Origin: Ureaplasma parvum serovar 3 str. ATCC 27815 | GTDB lineage: Bacteria > Bacillota_I > Bacilli_A > Mycoplasmatales > Mycoplasmoidaceae | Length of the DNA stretch: 32,000 nt | Reading direction: 5' to 3' | NCBI RefSeq assembly: GCF_000019345.1 | Contig: NC_010503.1 | Location: 210,001-242,000, forward strand | Shown: one piece after another, positions 8,021 through 24,604 of the stretch | How the letters are laid out: every line of letters starts with the position of its first letter | Numbering within the stretch: the first letter of the stretch is position 1 | Made by a program: the position numbers and the translations under genes | Notes under the pieces: model-generated | Database searches by the model: none | Seen by the model: only the letters and a program-made list of their open reading frames with translations | What the model was told of the DNA's origin: nothing

Positions 8021-8500
8021 TTATTTATGATATTTTCCGTTATTTAAAATACTAAGTGCCCTATATATTTGTTCACATAACATGACTTTTGCTAAGCCAT
8101 GAGCAAAAGTCATTTTTGACATAGATAAATGATAATTAGCACGCTCATAGATGCTTTCATGTAAACCATTAGATCCACCAATAATGAAACAAATATCATG
8201 AGAAAATGTGTTTAGTCATTGTTGTATTTTTTTAGCTAATGTTTCGCTACTTATAATGTTGCTTTCAATAATTAAAGCAATTACAAAATCATTTTGATTA
8301 ATATTTTTAAAAATTTTAGAGGCCTCTTTACTTTTAATTTGTTCTAAGGATTTATTTGAAATTTGAACTGGTTCAGGTTCATCGCTAACAACAATTTCTT
8401 GGCATTTTAAATAATGGTTAATTCTTTTTAAATAATCATTAATTAGATCAACAAAAGCTTTTTGTTTTAATTTCCCTACACTTATAATTTTTATCATCAT
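8021..8500 (-). CDS. rlmH: 23S rRNA (pseudouridine1915-N3)-methyltransferase RlmH (159 aa)
   Basis: The track ORF 8216..8500 continues through the TGA at 8216 into LNTFSHDICFIIGGSNGLHESIYERANYHLSMSKMTFAHGLAKVMLCEQIYRA, the SPOUT/RlmH C-terminal signature. The stop is TAA at 8021..8023. Confidence 0.9.
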
Positions 8501-8562
8501 CTTAGTTAAATAACCTTTTTTTTGATTATAATCTAACTAAGATTATAAAGGATAATGATTCA

Positions 8563-9279
8563 ATGAAATATATTATTGCTAATTTTAAAATGAATGCAAC
8601 ACAAGAATTAATTAATCATTTTTTAAATAATTTAACGTTATTTGATGAGCAAAAAATTATTATTGGTTTAGCACCAGGGGATTTATATTTAAAAACATTT
8701 GTTAATTTAGCTGAAATAAAAAAAGTCAATTTATATGCTCAAAACCCATCATTACATAATAAAGGACCTTATACAGGTCAAATAAGTTGTTTACAATTAT
8801 TAGATATTAATATTAAAAATGCTTTAGTTGGGCATAGTGAAATACGTATTGATTTTTCACAATCAATAATTGATCAAAAAATAAAAATATCTATGGATTT
8901 ATTAGAACAAGTCATCATTTGTGTTGGCGAAACTTTTGATGCTTATAAACAAAATAAATCACTTAATTTTGTTTTAAATCAATTAGCCAACATCATTAAT
9001 TACAAAGGATTAAAAAAAATTATTATCGCTTATGAACCAATTTGAGCAATTGGCACTGATTTAGAATTAGATTTTAAACATATTAATTACATGATCGAAG
9101 GAATTAAAACATATTTATATAATTGTACTGGAATAAATATTCCTATTTTATATGGCGGTAGTGTTAATGACAATAATATTAATGAATTGTGCAATCAAAA
9201 ATTAATCGATGGTTTTTTAATTGGCAATGCTTCATTAGATGTTAATGTTTTTAATAAAATTATCGATAAATGTAAATAA
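8563..9279 (+). CDS. tpiA: Triose-phosphate isomerase (238 aa)
   Basis: Track ORFs 8563..9045 and 9091..9279 are in one frame and join through the TGA at 9043. Motifs: [28 protein letters not shown]. Confidence 0.93.
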
Positions 9280-9295
9280 TAAAATGGATTAGAAT

Positions 9296-10804
9296 ATGAA
9301 ATTAAATAAAAAAATAGGTTTGATAATCATTGATGGATTAGGAATTGGAAAAGAAGATAATACTAATGCTGTTCATTTAGCAAATCCACCAACATTAAAT
9401 TATTTGATTAATAATTTTCCCACATTACAAATTAGTGCGGCTCAACAAAATATTGGTTTACTTGAAAATCAAGCAGGTAACAGCGAAATTGGTCATTTAA
9501 CAATTGGTGCGGGCCGTATCATTTTAAATGATAATGCAAATATTAATAATTATATGAAATCCGTTGATTATGAAAGTGCAGTTTTAAGCAATATTAAAAA
9601 TGAAATTGTTCATATTGTTGGCATGTATTCGAATGGTTTAGTACATAGTAATTATGAACATATTCATTGAATTATTAAACAAATAATTAAAAACAATAAT
9701 CAGGTTGTTTTACATTTAATTTCTGATGGACGAGATGACTATCCTTATGGTTTTGCTCAATTCATTGAACAAATTAATGCCTTAAAAAAACAATATAATA
9801 TTATTGTAAAGAGTCTAAGTGGGCGTTATTTTGCAATGGATCGTGATCAGCGATGAGAACGTACCCAAAAAGCATTTAATGCAATGTTTGTTAAGCAAGA
9901 TAAAATATGTGAAAAAACATTTTTAGAGGTTGCACAATCAATCGCAAATTCTTATAAAAGTGATGAATTTGTTCAACCTGTAGTTTTTAATGATGATGAA
10001 AAATATAATTTAAAACCACATCAAAAAGTGATTTTAGCAAACTATCGTTCAGATCGTATGCGCCAGTTAGCACACTTACTTAAACCTAACAAAAAATTTC
10101 ATTACAATAATCCGTTTTTAGTTCAAGATGTTAATTTAATTACTTTAGTACCATTCCCTGATGTTGATGCAATAGCTTTATTTGAGAAGCAAAATTTAAA
10201 TAACACTTTAGGTGATGTTTTTAATAAACACCAAATAAAAGAAGCTCGAATTGCAGAAACAGAAAAATATGCCCATATATCTTTTTTCTTTGATGGCGGT
10301 GTTAATAAATATTATTCGACAAAAACACAATATTTGATTCCTTCGCAAAAAGTTGCTACTTATGATTTATGTCCCCAAATGTCAGCACATTTAATTACGA
10401 AAACTATTATCGATCATTATTTCGATCATGATGTTTTTATTGTTAATTATGCAAATCCTGATATGGTTGGTCATAGCGGCAATATGCAGCAAACAATTGA
10501 AGCAATTCTAAGTGTTGACCATGAAATTCGAAAATTATATGATTTTTTTGAAAAGAATAATGGTGTGTTGATGATTACAGGTGATCATGGAAATGCTGAA
10601 ATGATGCTTGATGATCAAAAACAAGTAATTACTTCTCACAGTGTTAATGATGTTTGGTTTATTATCACAGATAATAAAGTTATTTTAAATTCGACACAAA
10701 AATTTAGTTTAGCAAATATTGCTCCAACTATTTTGGAATATTTAAATATCGCTCAACCAATTCAAATGACAGCAACGAGTATGATAAAAAAGATTTGTGA
10801 ATAG
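9296..10804 (+). CDS. gpmI: 2,3-bisphosphoglycerate-independent phosphoglycerate mutase (502 aa)
   Basis: Track ORFs 9296..9670 and 9884..10804 are in one frame and join through TGA codons (9668, 9854). Motifs: [54 protein letters not shown]. Confidence 0.95.
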
Positions 10805-10850
10805 TTTTATTATGCTATTATAATAATTTGATATACGAAGGAGTTTTATA

Positions 10851-11726
10851 ATGGATAAAAAAGCTAAAATTTATACTTGATCACACATTATTTTAATTGT
10901 TTTTAGCTTAGTTTGTTTGCATTGGTTTTTCATTTTATCAATCACAATTCCTAACCAAACTGGTTTTTTAATTAATCGAGTTGGTCAATGAATAAATTCA
11001 TCTAGTACATATGCTTATAAAATTGATCCTCGATCATTATTTTATTTAAATTATACTTTAAACTTTAATATTGCTTTAAATGCAAGTGGTATAGCTAGTA
11101 TTGTTTTATTTATTTGTTATATTTTAACATTTATTTTTAATCTAATAATGATTGGAATTATTAGATCTTGAAGGCCAAGTTTATTACATTTAATAATTGC
11201 TATATTAATTTGACTTGCTATTTTATATTTATTTATCATTATTATGATCAAACCAAACTTTAATCAGATTATTAATAATAGTTATTATACATGATTAAAA
11301 AATGTTATTTTTAATGATCAAACTTTAACACTTAATAAAAAAAATGTGATTTTAAATACTTATATTAATCACTATCATTTACCAATAATTAATGATCCAC
11401 AAGTTGCTTTATTAGATATTAGCAAACACCAAATTAATAATGAAAATTTAACATTTAATCCTTCATACAACTATAATGCCAATCTTTATTTTACAAAAGC
11501 AAAATTAATTTATTGTACTTATACAATTATTGGAATAATTTTTATCATTAGTTTTATTTATTATCTAAGTGAAATTATTAAACGATGTTTATTAGTTAAT
11601 GACAATTGAAAAATTAAACAACACGAACGAAAAGATGGTTTAAATATAAAAAAAAGAAAAAATAAACAAGAAATTGTTGCTCCTGACCCTATTTTAGAAG
11701 AAATTTTTAAAGAATTAGATTTATAA
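10851..11726 (+). CDS. Hypothetical multi-pass membrane protein (291 aa) embedded in the glycolytic cluster
   Basis: The ATG at 10851 follows GAAGGAG. The hand translation is open, with six in-frame TGA codons, and joins track ORF 11346..11609. It has several long hydrophobic segments and a basic/acidic C-terminal tail. The stop is TAA at 11724..11726. Confidence 0.7.
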
Positions 11727-11735
11727 AAAATATTG

Positions 11736-11772
11736 AAGACACTTGTTTAATTATTTGTCTTAATATTTTTTT
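11736..11772 (+). terminator. Possible rho-independent terminator
   Basis: AAGACA (11736..11741) pairs with TGTCTT (11756..11761), followed by AATATTTTTTT. The stem is short and the loop is 14 nt, so the call is only moderate. Confidence 0.45.
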
Positions 11773-11828
11773 AATTTTTAACATAAAATTAATGTATAAG
11801 TCTTTTAAAAAAGAGGAATTAACAACAT

Positions 11829-14085
<2,257 letters not shown>

Positions 14086-14096
14086 AGGGAAAATTA

Positions 14097-15521
14097 ATGT
14101 TTTCAAAAACACGCATTATTGCTACAGTAGGTCCAGCAACAACAAAATTGTTTTCTAATTGGTTAGAATTTAACGATTTAAATAATATAAATGATGCTCA
14201 ACAAGTATGCATAAACATTAAAGATTTAATTTTAAGTGGTGTTAATATTTTTCGTATGAATTTAAGTCATGGCGACCAAAAAATACACCTTTTTCGTACA
14301 CAATTAATTAAAAAAATTGCGGATGAATTAAAGATCAAAGTTGAAATATTATTTGATACAAAAGGACCAGAAATTCGTGTTTGTGAAATGAGTGATAATA
14401 ATTTTATTATTAAAAATAGTGAAGTTATAATACATTGTAAAGAAAAAGTTTTAGGTAGTTTTAATGAGTTTAGTGTTACTGATGCTACTGGACAATACAA
14501 TATGATTAGTGATGTTAAAATTAATCACCGAATTTTAATCGACGATGGAAAATTAATTTTAATTGTTAAAAAAATTGATTTTCTAAAAAACATCATTTAT
14601 ACAACCGCTAAAAATAGTTATTCATTAAAAACAAATAAACGCTTAAATTTACCAGATGCCAATTATAGTTTGCCGTTTTTGTCAAAGAAAGATATTGATG
14701 ATATAAATTTAGCAGTTAAATTAAAAATTCCTTATTTGGCTTTATCGTTTATTTCTAATATTAAACAAATTAATGAGGTTAAACAACTTTTAAAAAAGTC
14801 CTCATTTATACCAAAATTAATTGCAAAAATTGAAACTCAAGAAGCAATTGATAATCTAGAAGAAATTATTAAAAATACTGATGGTATCATGGTTGCGCGT
14901 GGGGATTTAGGGCTAGAAGTACCTTTTTATAAAATTCCTATTTATCAAAATAAAATTGTTGAATTATGCCATAAATACAATAAATATTGTATTATAGCGA
15001 CACAAATGTTAGATTCATTAGAACGTAATATTATCCCCACACGAGCTGAAGTCACAGATGTTTATTATGCCGTTAAACAAAAGGTTAACGCAACAATGTT
15101 ATCAGGCGAAACGGCCGCAGGAATTGATCCAATTAATGCTGTACAAGTTATGAAATCTATTATTTTAGAGACAGAAAATAATAATATAGAAAACGAAATA
15201 ACATTTAAAAAAAATGAATTATTAATTCCTAAGGAAGTTAAATTAAAAATTTTATCATTTCATAAATTAAAAATAAATAAACATAAATTATTAGTTGTTA
15301 ATTTAATTAGTAAAAATTCTAAACATTTAGTTTATGATATATTAAAATATGATTTTAATTTTAATATTTTATTTGTTATAGATAAAAATCAAGAACATGA
15401 TTTATTATTAAAAAATGCTAATTTTATTATTAGTGAAAATAAAATGTTAAAACAAGAAGAATTATTAAAATCATTTAATATTGATTTTAATAATCATGAA
15501 TTTTTATTTATTTCAATTTAA
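14097..15521 (+). CDS. pyk: Pyruvate kinase (474 aa)
   Basis: RBS AGAGGGA. Motifs: TRIIATVGPA, FRMNLSHG, DTKGPEIR, MVARGDLG, and the ATQMLDS..P.PTRAEV.DV context. The C-terminal roughly 120 aa are N/K-rich and divergent. Confidence 0.94.
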   Translation: MFSKTRIIATVGPATTKLFSNWLEFNDLNNINDAQQVCINIKDLILSGVNIFRMNLSHGDQKIHLFRTQLIKKIADELKIKVEILFDTKGPEIRVCEMSDNNFIIKNSEVIIHCKEKVLGSFNEFSVTDATGQYNMISDVKINHRILIDDGKLILIVKKIDFLKNIIYTTAKNSYSLKTNKRLNLPDANYSLPFLSKKDIDDINLAVKLKIPYLALSFISNIKQINEVKQLLKKSSFIPKLIAKIETQEAIDNLEEIIKNTDGIMVARGDLGLEVPFYKIPIYQNKIVELCHKYNKYCIIATQMLDSLERNIIPTRAEVTDVYYAVKQKVNATMLSGETAAGIDPINAVQVMKSIILETENNNIENEITFKKNELLIPKEVKLKILSFHKLKINKHKLLVVNLISKNSKHLVYDILKYDFNFNILFVIDKNQEHDLLLKNANFIISENKMLKQEELLKSFNIDFNNHEFLFISI

Positions 15522-15534
15522 AATAAAAATAATT

Positions 15535-15564
15535 TTATTATTAATATCTTTAATATAGTATAAT
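15535..15564 (+). promoter_or_regulatory. Weak candidate promoter upstream of rpoB (TTATTA, 18 nt, TATAAT)
   Basis: A consensus TATAAT lies at 15559..15564, with a poor -35-like TTATTA at 15535..15540. In DNA this AT-rich, such a match can arise by chance. Confidence 0.3.
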
Positions 15565-15579
15565 TATAAAATATTCTGT

Positions 15580-15617
15580 CTATTTAAGCACAAATGTGTA
15601 ATAAATAGGCTTTTTTC
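15580..15617 (+). terminator. Terminator/attenuator hairpin between pyk and rpoB
   Basis: CTATTTA (15580..15586) pairs with TAAATAG (15602..15608), with inner CACA/TGTG pairing, followed by GCTTTTTTC. It ends 27 nt before the rpoB ATG. Confidence 0.65.
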
Positions 15618-15643
15618 TATTTTTGTGAGGTACTAGTTAGAAT

Positions 15644-18600
15644 ATGCAAAATAATAAAAATTATACTGAGAAATTTATTACTGATAAAGTAATGCGAAGA
15701 GATTATTCAAAAATTAAATCTAATTTTGAAGGACCAAATCTACTTGAAATTCAAGTTGAATCTTTTAAACGCTTTATGGAGAAAGATTTAAAAGAAGTTA
15801 TTTCAAGTATTTTTCCATTAAAATCTCCTCAGGGTAAGTATACGTTAGCATTTAAAGGTTTAAAAATTAAGCAGCCAACAAAAGATGAAAGTGCTTGTCG
15901 TGACGAAGGTAAAACATTTGAAACACCAATTTATATTGATTTGGAATTAACAGATAACTACACAGGTGAAGTTAAACGTGCACAACGAAATACTAAAACA
16001 GGAGAAGATGGTATTTATTTAGGAGCAATTCCCAAAATGACAGAAAAAGGAACTTTTGTTATTAATGGAATTGAAAAATTTGTTATCTCACAAATTGTTA
16101 GATCACCAGGAATTTATGTACTTGGTAAATCAAGCATCAAATTGAACGGTTCACGTAAGCGTTTATTTGAAGGCAAAATTTGTGAAATTTATCCTTCTAA
16201 GGGTACTTTGATGCTTGGTTATATTCCTAAGGATCGTCATAATATTCAAATTGTTGCACGTGATTCATCTGGTGATAATGCGCAAACATTTTCAGTAACT
16301 ACTTTACTAAAAGCTTTTGGTTTAACAAGTGCTGAAATCTTAAAAATTTTTAATAATGAAAAAGAGATTCGTGAATCATTAGAAATTGAAAAATATGCGC
16401 CAGAATATATTTTTGAAAATTCACAAGAAAATGAAATTATTTTTAAAATTTATAGTGATGCTCATGATATTCATGAGAAAGCCGATCGTCGAGAATCAAA
16501 TAATAAGTTAAAAGAAGAATATATAGAACAAGGTTCACCACTTTTATCAAAGTTAAAACAACTAATTTTTAATTATGTTGAAAAAAACGATGAAATTGAT
16601 GCATTATTACATGAAAATAAAGATGTTGAAGATGCTAGTTTCATTAAGAATAATAAAAAATTATATGATGAAAGAGAAGAAATCATTAATTGCATCATTA
16701 GTGAAAAAGCAGCTAAGGATATCGTTGAATTATTAGGTATTAATATTAAAAATATAGAAACACTAAGACATTTAGGCAAAGCTTCTTATCAAATAGCTTT
16801 ACAACAACATTTTTTTAATAAGCGTTTATATGATATTAGTAGTGCTGGACGCTATAAATTTGAAAAAAAATTATTATTAAGTGAACGTTTATATCAAAAA
16901 GTAATTGCGAATGATATTATTGATAAAAAAAATAATATTCTAATTCCTAAAGATACTTTAATTACTAAAGAACATATCGAACTAATAAAAAAAGAATCAC
17001 GTGATAAAAACATTAAATGAACAAAAAAAATTAATTTATTACCAACAGCATTAGAATCAGAAATTGAACAATTTTTAGAATATGAAAGTATTGCAGTTTA
17101 TAAAGATAATGATTTAAGAGATGAAACAACAGAGATTGTCGGTCTAGCATCAGGTTGCAAACTTCAAACTTTAACCGTGGCTGACTTAGTTGCTACAACA
17201 AGTTATATTTATAACTTGAATTATGAAATTGGTGAATTTGATGATATAGATCATTTAGGTAATAAAAGACTTAAATTGATTCATGAATTATTACGAGCAA
17301 GAATTGCTACAAGTATGGCTCGTATTGAGAAGTTTATTAATGAAAAGTTGGCTATTTCTGATGGTTCAAGCAATAACATTACAAATGTTAATGATAAAGG
17401 TATTGATACTGAACTTGATCGTGAAATTGAAGAAAGCGATATGAGTGATGAGGAAAAGAAAAAAGCAATTAGTGTTAAATCAATTATTAATACAAAACAA
17501 TTCCAAAGTTTAGTTAAAGATTTTTTTAATTCACATCAATTAATTCAATTTATTGACCAACAAAATCCATTAGCAGAATTAACTAATAAACGTCGTATTT
17601 CAGCGATGGGTCCAGGAGGAATTAGTCGTGAAGACCCTAATTTAGATATTCGTGATGTTCATCACTCTCACTATTCGCGTATTTGCCCGATTGAAACACC
17701 AGAAGGAATGAATATTGGGTTGATTATGTCTTTAGCATCACTTGCAAAAGTAGATGAAAATGGTTTTATTGTAGCACCTTATTATGTTGTTGAGGATGGG
17801 GTTGTAAAAGAAGATTATAAATATTTAACAGCCCATGAAGATGATAACTATATTATTGCTGAATCATCAGTCCAATTAGATGAAAATAAACGAATTTTAG
17901 ATGAACAAGTTGTTGCTCGATATCGTGGCTCAACAGGTTTATTTAGTCCTAATGAAGTTGATTTTATTGATATTGTTCCAAAACAAGTAGTATCAATTGC
18001 TGCATCAGCAATTCCATTTATTGAAAATGACGATGGGGCACGTGCTTTGATGGGGTCAAACATGCAACGTCAAGCAACACCTTTAATTAAACCATATGCC
18101 CCTATTGTAGGGACAGGTACAGAATTTAAAATTGCACACGATTCAGGAATGGCTGTTGTTGCTAAAAATGACGGAGTGGTTGAATTTGTTGATAGTCAAA
18201 AAATTATCATTAGAAATGATAATGATAAATTAGATGATTATAAATTAATTAAATATCGTAAATCAAATCAAGACACATGTAATAACCAAATTCCAATTGT
18301 AAAAGTAGGTCAAAGAGTTCACAAATCTGAAACAATTGGTGATGGACCTGCAATGCAAAATGGTGAATTAGCTTTAGGTCGTAATATTCTAGTTGGTTAT
18401 ACAACTTGACGAGGTTATAATTTTGAAGATGCTATTATTATTTCTGAACGTTTAGTTGATCAAGATGTATTTACATCAATTCATATTGATGAGCATACAA
18501 TTCAATGTATGAAAACAAAAAACGGTGATGAAGAAATCACTCGTGACATGCCTAATGTCTCTGATACTGCAAAACGTTTTTTAGATAATCAAGGTATCGT

Positions 18601-19948
18601 TTTAGTTGGCGCTGAAGTTCATGAAGGAGATGTTTTAGTTGGAAAAACAACTCCACGAGGTAATGTTGAAACTGCTCCAGAAGATCGTTTATTGCAAACA
18701 ATTTTTGGCGATAAATCAAAAACAGTTAAAGATTCATCACTAAAAGTAAAACACGGTCAAGAAGGAATTGTTGCTGCTGTTAAGCGAATTAAATCAAGTG
18801 ATGAAAATGGTAGTGAATTACCAGATGACGTAATTGAAATTATCAAAGTTTATATTGTTCAAAAACGTAAAATTCAAGTTGGTGACAAAATGGCAGGGCG
18901 TCATGGAAATAAAGGAATTGTATCAAAAGTTGTTCCTATTCAAGATATGCCTTTTTTAAAAGACGGGACTCCATTAGATATTATGTTAAATCCATTAGGT
19001 GTACCTAGTCGTATGAATATTGGTCAAATTTTAGAATTGCACTTAGGTTATGCTGCGGCTGAAATAGGTAAAAAACAATTAATTCAAATTGCAATTGATC
19101 AATTAGGTTATGAAAAATATATTTCATTGTTTGGAATCAATGAAATTATTGCTAAAAAACTTTATGAAAATATTAGTAATTTAATTAAACACAAACAAGC
19201 AAAACAGGCAAAAGATATAGATTTAATTGATGTGACAATTATTCTAAAAGAATTGGGATTATCATATGATGATATTGGAATTAAAATTTCAACTCCTGTA
19301 TTTGATGGTGCAAATCATGATGATATTGTTTCTATTATGAATGAAGCAAACATTGATATTGAAAATAATAAGGGTAAACAAGTTCTATATGATGGAAGAA
19401 CTGGTGAACCATTCGATGGTTTAATTTCAGTTGGATTAACATACATGTTAAAACTAGATCATATGGTTGATGATAAAATTCACAGTCGTTCGGTTGGTCC
19501 ATATAGTAAAATTACACAACAACCATTGGGTGGTAAATCACAAAATGGAGGCCAACGTTTTGGTGAAATGGAAGTTTGAGCTTTAGAAGCTTATGGTGCA
19601 GCTTATAATTTATTAGAAATTTTAACAATTAAATCCGATGATGTTCAAGGACGTAATCAAGCTTACAATGCTATTATAAAAGGTCACGATGTTGTTGCTG
19701 ATGGAATGCCAGAATCATTTAAATTATTAACAAAACAAATGCAAGGTTTAGGGTTATGTATTACCGTTGAAACAAAAGATGATCGTATGGTAGATATTAA
19801 TGAATATACACTAAATCAAAATCGTTTAAATAATGACGATGATGAGGTTATTTTAGATGAAAATCTAAAAGAGATCAATGATTCTAATGAAGAAATATTT
19901 AATACAAACTTTAATAATAATGACTATGATGATGAAGAGAACTTCTAA
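15644..19948 (+). CDS. rpoB: DNA-directed RNA polymerase subunit beta (1434 aa)
   Basis: Four track ORFs (15644..17020, 17177..18409, 18509..19579, 19706..19948) are all in one frame and join through TGA codons. Motifs: [58 protein letters not shown]. Confidence 0.97.
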
Positions 19949-19969
19949 ATAATAGAAAGGTAAAATAAT

Positions 19970-23887
<3,918 letters not shown>

Positions 23888-23927
23888 ATCCTTTTATTAA
23901 AAGTTTCACAAAATAACTTTGATATTT

Positions 23928-23965
23928 ACGTAGATGTGTGCTAAACACATTTACGTTTTATTTAT
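23928..23965 (+). terminator. rpoC rho-independent terminator
   Basis: ACGTAGATGTGT (23928..23939) pairs with ACACATTTACGT (23945..23956), giving 12 bp with one G-T pair and a GCTAA loop, followed by TTTTATTT. Confidence 0.8.
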
Positions 23966-24009
23966 ATATTTTTAATCATACTTATTTTTAGAAAATAGGA
24001 GAAAACAAG

Positions 24010-24531
24010 ATGAAATTATTAAAAAACAAAAAAATTTGGGTATTAACAATTAGTAGTGTTTTAATTGGTGTAAGTGTTATTACATCAATTGCTTCATGCT
24101 CTAGTTCAAACATAGAATCTAAATTAAGTGATAAATTAGTTGAAGATGAAGATAATAATTATTACGTAGCATATCAAATTTCAAATTATGAAAAATTAAA
24201 AGATTTTGAAAAAAAACAATTAGAAAAAGTCACTTTTTCAACATCTATTACCCCAACTGATAAAACAAAAAACTCACAAGTTTTTAATGCAAAAGTAAAT
24301 GAAGGCATTTTATTCAATCAGCAAGCGAAAACATTTTATATCAAATTAGTTCGTAAGCCTGAAGTTGGTGAAAGTATTATTATTTTACCAAATAATTCAA
24401 TTTTAAAAACACACGGCTTTGTAGTTACAAATGAAAATTTAAATTTTATTAAAATTAATAAAAAAGGCGAATTACAAAGATCTAATACGGCAATAACTAA
24501 AAAAAATAATTTAACTAACGAATATAAATAG
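24010..24531 (+). CDS. Short lipoprotein (173 aa): N-terminal-module-only paralogue of 417..1916
   Basis: RBS AGGAG. The first 24 nt are identical to the gene at 417. The signal peptide MKLLKNKKIWVLTISSVLIGVSVITSIASC carries a lipobox. The protein is homologous along the N-module (KLVRKPEV, ILKT, NLNF blocks) and then diverges at the AATTTAAATT junction (24436..24445). It ends at a true TAG. Confidence 0.8.
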   Translation: MKLLKNKKIWVLTISSVLIGVSVITSIASCSSSNIESKLSDKLVEDEDNNYYVAYQISNYEKLKDFEKKQLEKVTFSTSITPTDKTKNSQVFNAKVNEGILFNQQAKTFYIKLVRKPEVGESIIILPNNSILKTHGFVVTNENLNFIKINKKGELQRSNTAITKKNNLTNEYK

Positions 24532-24554
24532 AATTAAAATAAATAATGATTAAA

Positions 24555-24595
24555 TAAAAAATCTGATGGTTAACAGACTATCAGATCTTTTATTT
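24555..24595. terminator. Bidirectional terminator between the short lipoprotein gene and degV
   Basis: ATCTGATGG (24561..24569) pairs with CTATCAGAT (24578..24586). It is preceded by an A-run and followed by CTTTTATTT. Confidence 0.7.
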
Positions 24596-24604
24596 AATAA
24601 GAGT

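Noticed and set aside
14097-15521. The N/K-rich, poorly conserved C-terminal roughly 120 aa of pyruvate kinase; considered as a possible fusion or frameshifted region.
   Set aside because: The frame is continuous with no TGA, TAA or TAG problems, and the total length (474 aa) is normal for PK with its C-terminal regulatory domain. The divergence is consistent with AT-driven drift, not with a separate gene.
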